Below are positions 10,576 through 23,099 of a stretch of DNA of 64,000 nucleotides, piece after piece (the stretch's first letter is position 1; every line of letters begins with the position of its first letter). This DNA comes from Hydrurus foetidus (taxonomy: Eukaryota), in the NCBI GenBank assembly GCA_900617105.1, contig UYFQ01000543.1, forward strand, positions 1 through 64,000, written 5' to 3'. Under the pieces are notes generated by a model, which made no database searches, had not been told where the DNA came from, and saw only the letters and a program-made list of their open reading frames with translations. The position numbers and the translations under genes were made by a program.

Positions 10576-11706
10576 ATGACCGGTCAAGGTGACATTAGCG
10601 AAGATGTACCACCACGCCACCGTCACGATAGTGACGGAGATGAATCTCCGCCGCGACGGCGTCATGATAGTGATGGAGATGAATCTCCGCCACGCCGTCA
10701 TCATGATAGTGACGGAGATGAGTCTCCGCGACGCCGCCGACAAGACAGTGACGGAAAAGATGCTTCACCACCAAGAAAAAGCAGTGAAAATTTGGGAAAA
10801 GTGTCCGGGAAAATTCATGAGTCTTCGAGTGATAGGAGGAAAGTTAATGTCGACAGAAGTCGTGTCTCCTTTAATTCGAATGCGGAGCAACCACGAATGA
10901 TAAACGCCTTATCCGCAAGCTATGGATTTGGTGGTGATGATGGCAGTGAAGACAGAAAAGTCGATCCAGACATCAACGACTCTCAGTGGGATATAAACAC
11001 CAACAAGGTGGGGTCATCTGGCAAATCATTGAAGAGACGCAAGAAAACAGCTTCTGGTCATGATGCTGGTCTACAATCTGGTACAGCTTTCGGTCGCACA
11101 GAAAGTAAGATTAAGGCGAATAGGGATGAAGAAATGAGGGGCACAGATCCGTCCCTGCAGGGCGAAGGTGCTGACACTGTGTATCGCGACCGTAAAGGGA
11201 AGAAGCTAGACATGCTCAATGAATTCATGAGGCAGCAAGCTGTCAAGGACGGCAAAGAGTTCAAGATAGAAAAAGCACAGACTGAATGGGGCAAAGGAAC
11301 GGTGCAAAAACAGGAAGCAGAAGCTCTCCGTCAAGAACTAGTAGATGTTGCTAACGAGCCCTTCGCTCGCACTATTGACAACCCTCGAATGGAAGCCATG
11401 AGGAAGGGAACAATGAGAGATGGCGATCCTATGGCTGAGTATTTCGCGAAGAAGAAGGAAGAAGAAGATGAAATTGAGAGGGCCCGCAGAGCCCGCATAC
11501 GCGGGGGCGATGAGGTTTTGGTGGTTGTCGAGAAGCCGAAGTATAAGGGACCAATAGGCGCCCCGAACAGATTCCGTATTCCTCCAGGATATCGATGGGA
11601 CGGAATAGACCGTGGAAATCGGTATGAGCACAAAATATTGACCAAGAGCAATGATAGAGCAGCACTGAAAGAAGACGAGTACAGATGGTCTGTTTCAGAC
11701 ATGTAA
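10576..11706 (+). CDS. BUD13: Pre-mRNA splicing factor BUD13/CWC26 (RES complex); 5' end uncertain
   Basis: RHDSDGDESPPRR repeats, TVYRDRKG, WGKG.VQ, DPMAEY, NRFRIPPGYRWDGIDRGN and a C-terminal WSVSDM. Confidence 0.95.
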   Translation: MTGQGDISEDVPPRHRHDSDGDESPPRRRHDSDGDESPPRRHHDSDGDESPRRRRQDSDGKDASPPRKSSENLGKVSGKIHESSSDRRKVNVDRSRVSFNSNAEQPRMINALSASYGFGGDDGSEDRKVDPDINDSQWDINTNKVGSSGKSLKRRKKTASGHDAGLQSGTAFGRTESKIKANRDEEMRGTDPSLQGEGADTVYRDRKGKKLDMLNEFMRQQAVKDGKEFKIEKAQTEWGKGTVQKQEAEALRQELVDVANEPFARTIDNPRMEAMRKGTMRDGDPMAEYFAKKKEEEDEIERARRARIRGGDEVLVVVEKPKYKGPIGAPNRFRIPPGYRWDGIDRGNRYEHKILTKSNDRAALKEDEYRWSVSDM

Positions 11707-12231
11707 ATTGCCTAGCGTCACACAGCAGCTTCGAGTGCAACAGTTTATTTCACTTTTTCTCTGCAATATGATTCTACATCCGTTAGTTGTATGAGCATTT
11801 GGTAGGAAAATCCATTTTGAATTATTTGATAACGCTGCTCATTCTTGTTCCATTGAAATCACTGATTATTTTAAGTTAATGCGTGATCTGCAAAATTGTC
11901 TCAGAAATGTTAAGAAATAAAATGTAATGAAGTATAATGTAGCGTGCGCGTTGACGCGTCTTTGCTACTGTAAAAAGTGCGTCCACTCAGCTGTACTAAA
12001 GCCCAGTACGTTATGGTACGGCGGGCGCTGTGCAGGGAACTATAATTTGGGTGGGGGATTTGTAATTAAGTACAGCAGAAGAACTGCATTTCTGTTGAAT
12101 TCATTGGACTGTGGTATGTTATGTAATAGGGCAAACACTCTGCTCTGTTCTGTTCTACTCCCTCCTCTCGCAGGTGGAAGTACGAGTACAAGTACATGTA
12201 CTTCTCGTCATGATTATGATCCTGTAGACTA

Positions 12232-13592
12232 TTATGTTTTGATCTTTATGAAGTCGTATGGCACCTTATACTCGTCATACAGCTGTATCAACCATTTTGG
12301 GTAGTCGTAAAGCCCATAGTCGTCCAAAAGTTCCTAACACATCATCGTACACATTTGATGGAATAAAGAGGTGGAGAAGAAGATGAGAATTCGTTTCAGT
12401 AACATGCAAAGAGAGAACAGAAAAAGTTAGAATTGTAGAAGTTGCATTCAGTCGTTAAAACGACCTTAAGAAGTTTGAGGTTGAAACATAAGAACGTTCT
12501 TCAGAATATTTTGGAACTTTACCTCTCCAGCTAATATATCTCGTTTTGCAAATGTCGAGTCCCAGTCACCATGGACTCCAGAGACGGTATTTGGCTCTTC
12601 AGAATGATTCCAGTATTTTCCGTCATCCCTTATTTCGTTTAAATATCCATCAGATGCGTAGACGTGTGAGAGCCATTCGTATTTTGCTTCCTGAGAAGGC
12701 AGAGAAAGAAGATAATTTCTAGCTGTAGATTCCGTTTGATATACTTTTATATTCCGATCTGATCCATACTTCCAAATTAGCGTGTCTTTTTTGATAAAAT
12801 CGACGGCAAATAATCCAACACCACCGATGCTGGATGCTCTTATCTCATACTTTACATGAAAACCAGGTTTCTTCGATTCTTTCTTTACTATAAAGTCCTG
12901 CGGAGTATTGTACTCTTCGGCTAGGCGGATAAACCAATCTGGGTACTCGTATGTGCCGTAGTCATCCAAAAGTTCCTAAAGAAATAAAGAAAATAAGCGT
13001 TACATCTCAAATTAGGAAGTCTGTAGTAAAGTAAATAAATCGTCAGAGTTTCCATCGCTGCTAGTTCTTGGAGGCAATGAACAAACAGACCAACTGGTTT
13101 ACCTCTCCTGCTTCTATGTCCCGAATGGCGTAAGAACTCTGCCAGTCGCTGCCAGATTCCGATCCATAACCAGTATTGGGGGTTTCAGACTAGTATGAAT
13201 CCAGTGAATCGAAACAGTTCGATTTCAGCAATACCACTTGCATAATAGGATTGATCAGTAACATAATGAATATGATTCTGTGCACTTACATGATTCCAGT
13301 ATTTGCCGTCATCGAGAATTTCGTTCATTACACCGTCGAAGAGGTAAACATGAGACATGAAGAATTCGCTGTCAGTAGCGTCCATGTTTTGCAACTTGCC
13401 CGTCACCTCCTCAACAGTAGCGTAGGTGCAGACATTGAATCCACGACAATACTTCCAAATCAGGCAACCATTGGGAATAAACTGTTTAGTGAAGATTCCC
13501 AAACCAATTAATGGACTTATACTGGAAGTCTTAATTTCAATCTCAAATTGAAAGCCCGCCTTCTCGATGACATTTGAGGTATGACCCGACAT
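12232..13592 (-). CDS. Tandem SET-domain protein (two minimal SET domains); exons 13592-13290, 13189-13103, 12975-12523, 12333-12232
   Basis: Two copies of GxGxF...IxxGxLIW...DDGKYWNHSExPNT...AxRDIxAGEELLDDY. GT/AG junctions keep the frame, and the stop TAA is at 12234-12232. Confidence 0.9.
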
Positions 13593-16500
13593 CCTTTTTT
13601 GCCGTTTCCCCTTCCAGATCTTCCTCTAGACTCTTATGAAATTATAATACAGCATGATATATAGTCAATACAGTTAACTATACCTAAATCCTAAATGTCG
13701 AAGGGCTCCTCCCACTTCCTTCCTCCTGCCTTATTCAACCGTAATCTGATGACTGTCATACTGAATTCTGTAAACCCGTACTGAATATCATAGAAAATCG
13801 AAATGAGTTTGACCAAAAATTATGAAATGTAGAAAAAATAAAAGCTGGAGGAATTGAAAGCATTTTTCACTGTGACATGCTGCATTAGGCAAATTTATTG
13901 CAAGATAGTTCATATCCAGGTATCGCACCGACCTGCGATTTACTTTGATTCTCACTCAATTTACGAAGTAGTTACTGATCAGTGGAATCCAACTGTGAAG
14001 ATTGTTTTAGAATATCTGAAGTAAATCGCAAGTGCCACACAAATGGTGATATAAAATATTGTTTCTAAAGACTTCCTAACCTCTGGAGGTGAGAAGCGAG
14101 GGACCTTCTCAAAAAAATTGCGGAACATTCCTGAAGGCGATGGTATCCACTCCATATTTTTGTATTGATCTGATACAGTACGGAAAGTCTTGGAAAAGTG
14201 ATAATTTATTGTGTCCTGTGAATATTTCCTGCATATTGCGCTACTTTTCCAGAAAGAATTGACTGTCTATCATTATTCTCCTCACTAAAACGCTTCAATA
14301 TCACTCCACGTAGCGGGCACATTAGATCCCAGGTAAAATACCAAAAACTTTATATCGCATGTTATACTATCGCAATGCCGATCACAAAAAATCTAAAGAG
14401 AATTACTATTCTTCTGGTATAGAACGTTTCTAGTTTCGAGCAATTTGGCCTGCAGCAAGTTCTCGAATTACTGAAGACCACATCATCAGATGCCTAATAA
14501 TACGGTTTATTGAACTTTTTGATAATTTTTAGTTCATATCATAAAAAGTTAATATTAACTTTTAAAACTTTACAGTTTTTACCTACTTGAAAATTGAAAA
14601 ATTGAATTGTGCTGATAAACAGAACAATAATTATCATTCCACAATTAATGTGATGGGATTATCATTTCCAAACCGATTTCTATTTCATGTGACACTCTAT
14701 TCATAGCTTGAATCTATTTGGACAGTAAAACGTCATCATGGGAATAAATAAATCGAACACACATTTAATTGGAGTTTCAATGTAAATCGAGTAAGTCGTT
14801 GTTCGCCTCTCAATTGTCGACTCCTTATTAAATTCGTCAAAAGCAGCAATCTATCTCGCTGTATTGGACATTGAATAAATGAAATATCAAAAAAAGGGTG
14901 AGGGAGAGGGAGGGTGAGGGAGAAAATTTTGAAGGGAGAGGGAGTTTTAAAGTGTGAGAAGAGTAACAAAATTGGAGAAATAAATGATAAGCATAAAACT
15001 CTGAGATACTATGGAAGAGGAGTGAGATGACACTGAGGAAAGCTCATAGATTAGCGATAGACATGAAAAATCACACAATTGACTCAGAGATCACATTTAT
15101 TACCGCACTCTACAGTCTGATAGATCTCTTCCTTCAAGAGGTCGCAACAAACTCTGCTAGCGCTCCAGCTACCAGGTGTTTCAATGTGATGACAAGAATT
15201 GCTCTTGTTCTCTATTCTAAAACGATTGAGACTCTACCATCACCCCAATGATGGCCCAGAATATATGATTATATTCTTCTCCATCTCAATAAATTGTCAT
15301 AATAAGAAGTAAAGGACACAGCCTCCTATTTTGCTGGATACCAAATCCACAGATGTGACAACTTCAAGTTTGTTGTTGCACTTTTTCTCAAAGTAGCGTG
15401 GCTTGGATTCAATCCTGATGCGACAGAAAAGCGTCAGGGAACACTCTCCAAAAAGATAATCTGCGTATTATACTGCCTCAGATTAAGGACAACCATATGA
15501 ATCGGGTTCTTGAAGATTCGATCCGGATTTCTCAACAACTCCTTCCAGCATAGACATTGCCGATGACGGATATCGCGCACAAAGGAATATGATCACGGTG
15601 TGCTCTGTCGATGACCTGATCTTCGAAGCAAATTCATATAGAGCCACTCATACGAAAGGATGAAATGTCTCAACAGTGACATTACATTGACGATTCTTCT
15701 CGACAGAAAGTCAAACTGGTCTCTAATTCCAAACTTCTCTAGGACGTCAGTCCTCCGCATTATTGATTGCATATTCATCTTCTCCAGTTCGGGTTATCAT
15801 CTTCACAGAAGGCAAATGAAAACTGAAAACTAAAACGACTGCATGAAAAGTACAAAATGTGATGGAATCCGGGAAAAATGTTATTCTCAGTCAGGCAACA
15901 TTATTTTGGATCAGATGGTGTGTCTCGCCGACAGGTATTGAAATGATCTGGCTCATAGGTCTCGATATTCTATACCCATATGAACACAGATTTAAAGGCT
16001 TAATAACATTAATGGGTTTTGAATCCAACACTTTGAATGTGATCTTGGATGTATACAGCACCAACGTAAGGAAGGCTCCGAATTAAGTGCGGTAATTTTT
16101 GACATGGGTCGAATAATGGCTCTACGTTGAAGAATAGGTGTATTACATTAAAACTTGCCAACTCACAGTTGTTAAAGTTCGGTGAGCTGAAAATAGAGAG
16201 ATGCACCATCTCCTTGCCTACTGTTACTATAATTTTCCTGACGTAAAATGCATTTATTTTCACTTCTCACCGCTCAGTTGCGCTTCGAAGATAATCAGCG
16301 ACAAAAGACAAAATTCTCATACTTAATGGATCTTTCTCCCACACACTGTGGAAGAAGTGAAAGTAGGGCAGTCGGAGAAGTATAGCTGATTGAAGTGAGA
16401 GGATAACAAGTAAACAAATTTCTTCGAGGTGTGACTGACTTTTCGAATCTATTTTACAATCAAGTAATTTACCTCACATGACGTGAAGTGCTATTAAGAG

Positions 16501-16868
16501 AATGCAGAAAAAAATGGGAATATCAGAGGTATATCATTGGGATTCTCGACGAACCCCTTTCAATCCCCAAGGTCAATTCTTTTTCACCTTGCTTTCTAAT
16601 ATAATACTCGATCACATAAATTCGAGATGCCACAAAGAAAATCCCAGCCAGAGAGAACGTCACTCCGTATAAACTAGTAGAGGGCAATGATCACTTCTCC
16701 ACGAACTGTAGCAGGACTTCACAGCACGGACTCTTACAATACTCATCTTTTCTATGCGAGTAAATTACCTTCTGTATGACTTCTCATTTGTTCTGCATTC
16801 TTAAGTACATTAGGAAAGGTGTTTTTCGACATATTCTGTCTGCGAGAAATGATAATAACCCTGTCCAA

Positions 16869-17594
16869 TCAGGATGCTGGTGGCAGATCTTCCCAGGTAG
16901 AGAAAGTTGCAGCTTGACCTATCGCGGGTGCCGTACGATCTCCTTGAGGAATTACATTCCATACCACGCAACCCGTTATTCTGAATCTGTGAAGGAGACT
17001 GTAGAGTTAGTGATGGCGGAAAGTTCGCGAGAACATCGTCTCAAATTGTGGCTGATTGCAACGATATCAGTACCTTCTTTTATCGAGGGCTATGCGAATA
17101 CCAGAATAGTCGTCAACAACCCCATCGGCCAATACTCTTCGCAAGAACTCTGCTCTTTCACTCTGTTCAACAGCCTCGGCAGAGTATTTCGAATGCATTG
17201 TAGTGAATTCCTCCCACGAGGCGCCCCATCTCTTCATGGCTGCTGAGTTAGCATAATTAAATACAGGACCCTCTGGACTATTCTGTGTTCCATGGCTCAC
17301 CACAACTTTGTCAGGGTGGAAAAAGAGAAGTTTTGCTGCTTCAGTTGGGTCATTCACAAGTACTTTCATGGGGACTAATTCTTGGCCACCAGTTAAGAGA
17401 AAGTGAGATTTTATCAGGTGCGAAGCATGCTCAACCATCACATCAGAGTACCACAGCGGAGAAGGTCCACAATAACTTGGATTGTAAAGAGTTGTTGATA
17501 AGCTTTCTATCATAAAAGGAAAGATAAGTACAACACAAAAAGCCAAAATGAAGCTAGAATTTAGCTTGCAACGAAGCACATGCCACTCCGACAT
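16869..17594 (-). CDS. Stand-alone MEKHLA-domain protein with hydrophobic N-terminal leader; intron 17073-16987
   Basis: VVSHG...PVFNYAN.AA..W...WEEF...S..SAE...ER...YSGIRI, with exon 2 RFRITGCVVWNV...GQAATFSTW. Confidence 0.9.
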
Positions 17595-18200
17595 TGCACA
17601 CGTGGCTCGGAATGGTGTCAAATCAGATTACTCCGTCGCTTGTTGCATATTGCATACGCATATTATGTGGTCTCCGTCGTCAGGTTTGGCGTTTGGGGCA
17701 GCATAGACGCATACTTAGTATGCCATATACGAAACACGGATTTTTAAAGACGTGACGTTTGTAGTGACTTTTTCCTGATGCATTTGGATTTTGATACAGT
17801 AATTGAAATTTGCCCGCCGAACCTCCCAACATATACTAGAAATACAATTCGACCCAGAAATTAATGTGTTACGATTAAATCTCGAAGAAGACGTACTCGT
17901 AAACTCACTTGAATTTCTACATTTCACCTAGGAGGAGGTATTCAATCCAGATGTGATGTTCGACTCTATAAAAGACAAATGACGAAGGCCAATTCGAATT
18001 CGGCCATATATAGAAAATAGACATATTTGATCTACATGCACAGTGTTTCTACCACTATTTTTCATTGAGGATAGTGGCAATAATCAAGTAAAACTAAAGG
18101 ATGTTGTGGTTCAACTTTTCAAAATTTTTGAGGCGAGGCCTTCGTTGGACGAGGCCTATGTAATTTTAATAGAGGGGTGTTCCGCGTGGAATTCCTCGCT

Positions 18201-20679
18201 TTAATTCTTTGATTTCTAAGATGTTGTTGAAGATATAGGTCGTTAGCTTGATGTTGTGCGAATCAAAGTACGCACGTACGTGTAATGTAAAAACTTGAAA
18301 AAAATGGGAATGAAAATGGGATGAGAACACTTCTGAACTTTCACTTACTCTAAGCGCCTTGAGTGCGGCAAAATCGACTTTCTCTGCTTCCATTCCTAGT
18401 ACCGGTGCCACTTTGACATAGACTTCCTCCCCATCGGCAGGGTCGGCTGGCGGCGCTGGGGCAACTTTTGCACTGGAAGCTTTAGCACTAACAGCCTTGT
18501 CAGCGGCGGCCTTATCAGCGGCAGCTTTCTCAGAGGCAGCCTTCGCACTCGCGGCCTTATCGGCGGCAGCTTTCTCAGAGGCAGCCTTCGCACTCGCGGC
18601 CTTATCGCCGGCAACCTTGTCAGCAGCTGCCTTCTCTGAGGCAGCCTTCTCGCTTGCAGCTTTCTCTGTAGCAGCCTTTGCGCTTGCCTCTCTTTCCGCG
18701 GCAGCTTTCTCTGAGGCAGCTGCTTTATCGACTGCAGCCTTATCAGCGGCGGATTTCTCTGTCGCAGATGTTTTGTCTTTCTCCGTGGCAGCCTTGTCAG
18801 CGGCAGCTTTCTCAGAGCTAGCCTTATCAGCGGCCGCCTTGTCAGCAGCAGCCTTATCGGCGGTAGCTTTCTCTGTGGCCGCCTTCGCACTTGCGGCCTT
18901 ATCAGCAGCAGCTTTCTCTGTGGCCGCCTTCGCACTAGCAGCTTTATCAGCGGCCGCCTTGTCAGCAGCAGCTTTCTCTGAGGCCGCCTTCGCACTTGCA
19001 GCTTTATCAGCGGCCACCTTGTCAGCAGCAGCTTTCTCTGAGGCTGCTTTCGCACTAGCAGCTTTGTCAGCGGCCGCCTTGTCAGCAGTTGATTTCTCTG
19101 AGGCAGCTTTTGTGCTTGTTGCCTCGTCAGCAGCAGCCTTATCAGCAGCAGCTTTCTCTGTGGCCGCCTTCGCACTAGCAGCTTTATCAGCAGCAGCCTT
19201 GTCAGCAGCAGCTTTCTCTGAGGCTGCCTTCACACTGGCAGCTTTATCAGAGCTAGCCTTATCAGCGGCCGCCTTGTCAGCAGCAGCCTTATCGGCGGTA
19301 GCTTTCTCTGTGGCCGCCTTCGCACTTGCGGCCTTATCAGCAGCAGCTTTCTCTGTGGCCGCCTTCGCACTAGCAGCTTTATCAGCAGCAGCCTTGTCAG
19401 CAGCAGCTTTCTCTGAGGCTGCCTTCACACTGGCAGCTTTATCAGCGGCCGCCTTGTCAGCAGCAGCTTTCTCTGTCGCTGCCTTCGCACTGACGGCTTT
19501 GTCTGTAGCAGCCTTGTCATTCGCAATTTTTTCAGCTGCTGCTGTTTCTAACGCCTTTTCAGCCGCGATCTTCGAGTCGTCCACTTTGGGCGCAACAGCT
19601 GCAGGGACAGCTGCAGCGGGTGGAGTGGCGACTTTAACGATAGGAGCAGGGACAACCGCTTTCTTGGGTGCTGTTGTCACATCCTGACCGGATGTAGCCA
19701 CTAATACAGCACTCAAAGCAATGGCAGATCCAAAGCCTGCAGCACTTAGCTTGATTCCTTTCTTTGTAAGTTCATTTTCGGCAGTTGGGTTTCCAGAGAA
19801 GAATTCTTTAAGACCCTCATTAATGCCCTCATTCAATGACTTCGTGTACGCGCCGACAGTCACCTTAGCAGCTGTTGGTTTAGGTAGTGGTTTTGGAGGC
19901 TTGACGAGTCCCTTGAGAGAGTTGAATATTAAGGCCGGAAGTAGTAGATATGGCGCAATTCCTAGCCCCAAGCCCTCCGCAACATCAATCTGAGACAAAG
20001 CTGAAGGAGCAGCTGGAGCAACGGATAGAATTTGTTTGACAGCCGGTGTAAAGGCAGCTTTCTGCATGATTGGAACTGCCTTCTGCCCTGCACCTGCAAC
20101 CTTAGCGGCCACAGCGGCTGCGGGCGCAGCTAGGGCTTTAAATGCTTGAACCGGTTGGATAGCTTTAGTCTGCACAGCACCTTTGCCAAGTATTGAGGCG
20201 GCGGCAACTTTGGGCGCAATAGGTGAAGCTTTAGCAGCAACTGCCGCTGGTTTGACGGCGACAGGCGCTGCCTTTGTGGGAACAGGCGCTACCTTAGCTT
20301 GGACAGGCCCTGCTTTAACTGGAACAGATACAACTTTAGCTGGAGCAGCTTTTGCTGGAAGAGGCACCGTTTTCGCGACAACTGGAGCTACTTTTGCTGG
20401 TACCGGTTTCACCGGAACTGCCTTTGCTGGCACAGGTTTCACTGCAGTGACCGGTTTTGACGTTTTGGACTTAGGTTGATTTTTCATCCTAGCAGCTTCT
20501 CTTGCCGCAGTCTTTTGATCCAATAACAGTTCTAATGAAGCCATCTCTGGACTTGCTGTTGAAGTGGCATACATACTTATGCTGGAAGACCTCGTTGACA
20601 GGCGTAGAAAGGGTGATGGGGAGAAGCCACACACCAAGCTGACCATGGCGAGGGCGATAACAAAATTTAAGAAAGCCAT
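18201..20679 (-). CDS. Ala/Lys/Pro-rich repeat protein with signal peptide and plastid-type transit peptide; probable last intron 18348-18216
   Basis: Leader [24 protein letters not shown] followed by a Ser/Arg-rich stretch. PVPAK repeats, two hydrophobic segments and dozens of [15 protein letters not shown] pentads. A GTAAGT donor after ALKALR gives the end KSKN*. Confidence 0.85.
18490..19520. repeat. Coding minisatellite, 15-bp unit (AAxxK pentapeptides) with higher-order duplications
   Basis: Recurrent GCCTT(A/G)TCAGC(A/G)GC and GCTTTCTCTG units. A block near 18817-18945 recurs near 19252-19380. Confidence 0.9.
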
Positions 20680-21188
20680 CGTGAACGTTCCCTTCAGTTT
20701 TGCTAGATGAGCGATGTCAGGAAGAAGTTGGAAGAATGCTACGGATTTAATTCGAACAGGTGCGCAACGGTGTCGAAGGCAAATTCAAATTGGTACTTCG
20801 CGTGCACCAAGCAAGGGATACGTCATGTGACGGCTACTTGAGGTTGATTTTTTGGAAGATTCCAAAAATTGGAAATATCCACAGCTGCACAACTGCGGAA
20901 TCCCCTCCAACCCAATGCAACCGGTAGGGCTTTTTCGAAATGGCACACTGAACAGATGACCATATTATAAACTCTCTGTTGAATTCGTCATCTCCCCACA
21001 TATTTCTGGTAAGTCTCTCAACGCGTTGCGTTAGAGAGGCTGTGCGGTCCTTTGAATCCCTTCTTACTGTTGTGATCTCGTTGTATTCAAAAGAGTTATG
21101 ATGGATGCAAAATGTGTACTTAAGACTGAAGTGTAGCATTTTAGATTTATAGTGTACCACACATATTGAAAGACTTTTGGATCTTGCG

Positions 21189-22343
21189 TTAATCTACATT
21201 CAAATCATCGATGTTCAAAGTGATCTCTGTATCATTTCCATTGTCAACCCCGACAGAGTCCAGTGAAAGATGTATCTTATTGCTGTTCGATTGTGTGGTA
21301 GCAGCAGGCACAGCATTTTGGTTCTCCGATTCGGGTTGCGCATTTGGATCTTCTTCACGCATTAGAAAATTCACGATTTCTAGAATGATGTTACTTGCGC
21401 CTTCGTCTTCTTGAAGATAATCCAGATTTCTGCATAAGGGATAAACCTTCCTTTTCCTTAGTTCATCTCTGATACCTCTCTTTTGACATAGCAACACAAT
21501 GCACTCCAAAAGCATGATCAGAATGTCAATTTCAGGTTCCCACATTTTATTTGGATTCTCGGAACTCAGCCAAAGAATTGGATTCATGCCCGCCTTCTCC
21601 AAATCTGTCAGAGGAGTGGCAACGACCAGTGGCAGCATAATATAAGAGAGAACGCCCAATTCATGTATCATCCACCAGTGAATTTCGTTGTCAAATAAAC
21701 AGGTTCTGATGCTTGCAACAGCGCCCCTACGCCTCACAGGATTTTTGCTGCGTATCTGTTTCAGAAGGTTTTTCATGTAAGGAGTAGACTGCCTCAGTAA
21801 AATCTGACGACCACATTCTATTCTTGTGATGTTGCAAATGATACTAGACATATGTTGCCAAGGATCTCTGACATCCCATGTCTGTGTTATGATGGCTCTG
21901 TTTTCGGTGCTAGTGTCTTCTGGATCAGCTGAGTTAGCGCCAGTGTTGGATATCACTTCCTCAGGGTTTTCCATCAGTTGACTATCGTAATTCAGGAATC
22001 GTTCTATAATGTTTTTAAAATCGCGTGAAGGAATCATGAGGCCAAGTGAATCTTTTTCCATGTAGAGATCGAGGAACAACTGTGAGTTCACTTCTGTAGC
22101 AGTTAAATTACAGAGCAGTGATAGAGACAGATCAATCAGTGGAAGATTCTTCTTTGATGAGCTGCTGAGGTATCCCATGCATACGAAAAATGTTGACTTC
22201 AATGAAACCGGGTCGAATCCCTCCAAACTCTCTGCAGATTTGTTCACAAGAAGCTGGAGTAGGATGTCATCACGGCCTGATGCTGACAGATCATTTTTAC
22301 AGGCTATAATTGCCGTGACACTGACTTCATCGTCAGAGGACAT
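21189..22343 (-). CDS. HGH1: HGH1 homolog (eEF2 chaperone, DUF383/DUF384); ATG at 22343, frame open to 22421
   Basis: LLCNLT, NITRIECGRQ, RRRGAVASIRTCLFD, EPEIDI..MLLECIVLLC, R.ELR.RKVYP and IVNFLMREE. Confidence 0.85.
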   Translation of the reverse strand: MSSDDEVSVTAIIACKNDLSASGRDDILLQLLVNKSAESLEGFDPVSLKSTFFVCMGYLSSSSKKNLPLIDLSLSLLCNLTATEVNSQLFLDLYMEKDSLGLMIPSRDFKNIIERFLNYDSQLMENPEEVISNTGANSADPEDTSTENRAIITQTWDVRDPWQHMSSIICNITRIECGRQILLRQSTPYMKNLLKQIRSKNPVRRRGAVASIRTCLFDNEIHWWMIHELGVLSYIMLPLVVATPLTDLEKAGMNPILWLSSENPNKMWEPEIDILIMLLECIVLLCQKRGIRDELRKRKVYPLCRNLDYLQEDEGASNIILEIVNFLMREEDPNAQPESENQNAVPAATTQSNSNKIHLSLDSVGVDNGNDTEITLNIDDLNVD

Positions 22344-23099
22344 GAACACGCTTCGTTTTTGCTCGTTGAGGTTCGCTGGTGTCAGGACAGCGATAGCAGG
22401 GCGTTTGAATGTTCTGTGCACTTCGCTAGCGACTCAGCTGTGGACGAAGATATCAACCAATCGTTCATCGTTCGATACTCAATACCGTAGATTTGGGATT
22501 ACAGGTCTAGGATCAGAGGCCGGACCCTGGACCAGTCCCAGAATCGGTGCTCCGAACTGGACGATTGACTGGCTTTTCGATCTTTCTCGAATCTCAACGA
22601 GGGTCGAACCATTCTGACAAAGTCATCATTTGATATAGGTCAAATGTTTGAAATTCGTCATGATTTTTTGTTATGTATGCGGGTGATCACAGCAGTCAGT
22701 AGCCTCTCAAGTAAAAATCTTGCGATGAGCTGTTGAATTTCACATCAGGGCATAATATTGATACAAGTTGCAAATGTTATCGATAGTTTTAGGAGCAAAT
22801 TGGCATTTGCAAAAGAAATCTTTTGGCGCACAGTTTTTAAATGGACCGAGATCTTTTCCTTTCATGGAAAATACAGTAATACAGAAGTACGGATTTTTGG
22901 AGCGCTACACTCCGGTCAGAAACGCATTTTGCATGTTTCTTCCGGTAAAAATTTCGAACCTCGAACAACAAAAATTACCGATAGTTTCAAGATCAATGAA
23001 GTTCAAAGACTAACGCCATTGTGATGACAAGATGCACCAACTTCCTGATAATGCACGTCCTCAGCTTCCTCATCACTCTACTCGAACATTTTGAAGGCA

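Noticed and set aside
14040..16800. About 2.8 kb gene-free stretch with short coding-looking pieces on the minus strand
   Set aside because: All frames are interrupted and I recognised no motif or element ends. It may be a decayed gene, but I cannot support that without tblastx.
17981..18146. ACGAAGGCC / GGCCTTCGT inverted 9-mer as a mini-MITE
   Set aside because: Too short and no target-site duplication.
18396..19687. Long overlapping ORFs (+396 aa Ala/Ser/Leu-rich; -259 aa Arg/Leu-rich)
   Set aside because: These are shadow frames of the 15-bp coding repeat, which lacks stops in several frames. There is no independent evidence for them.
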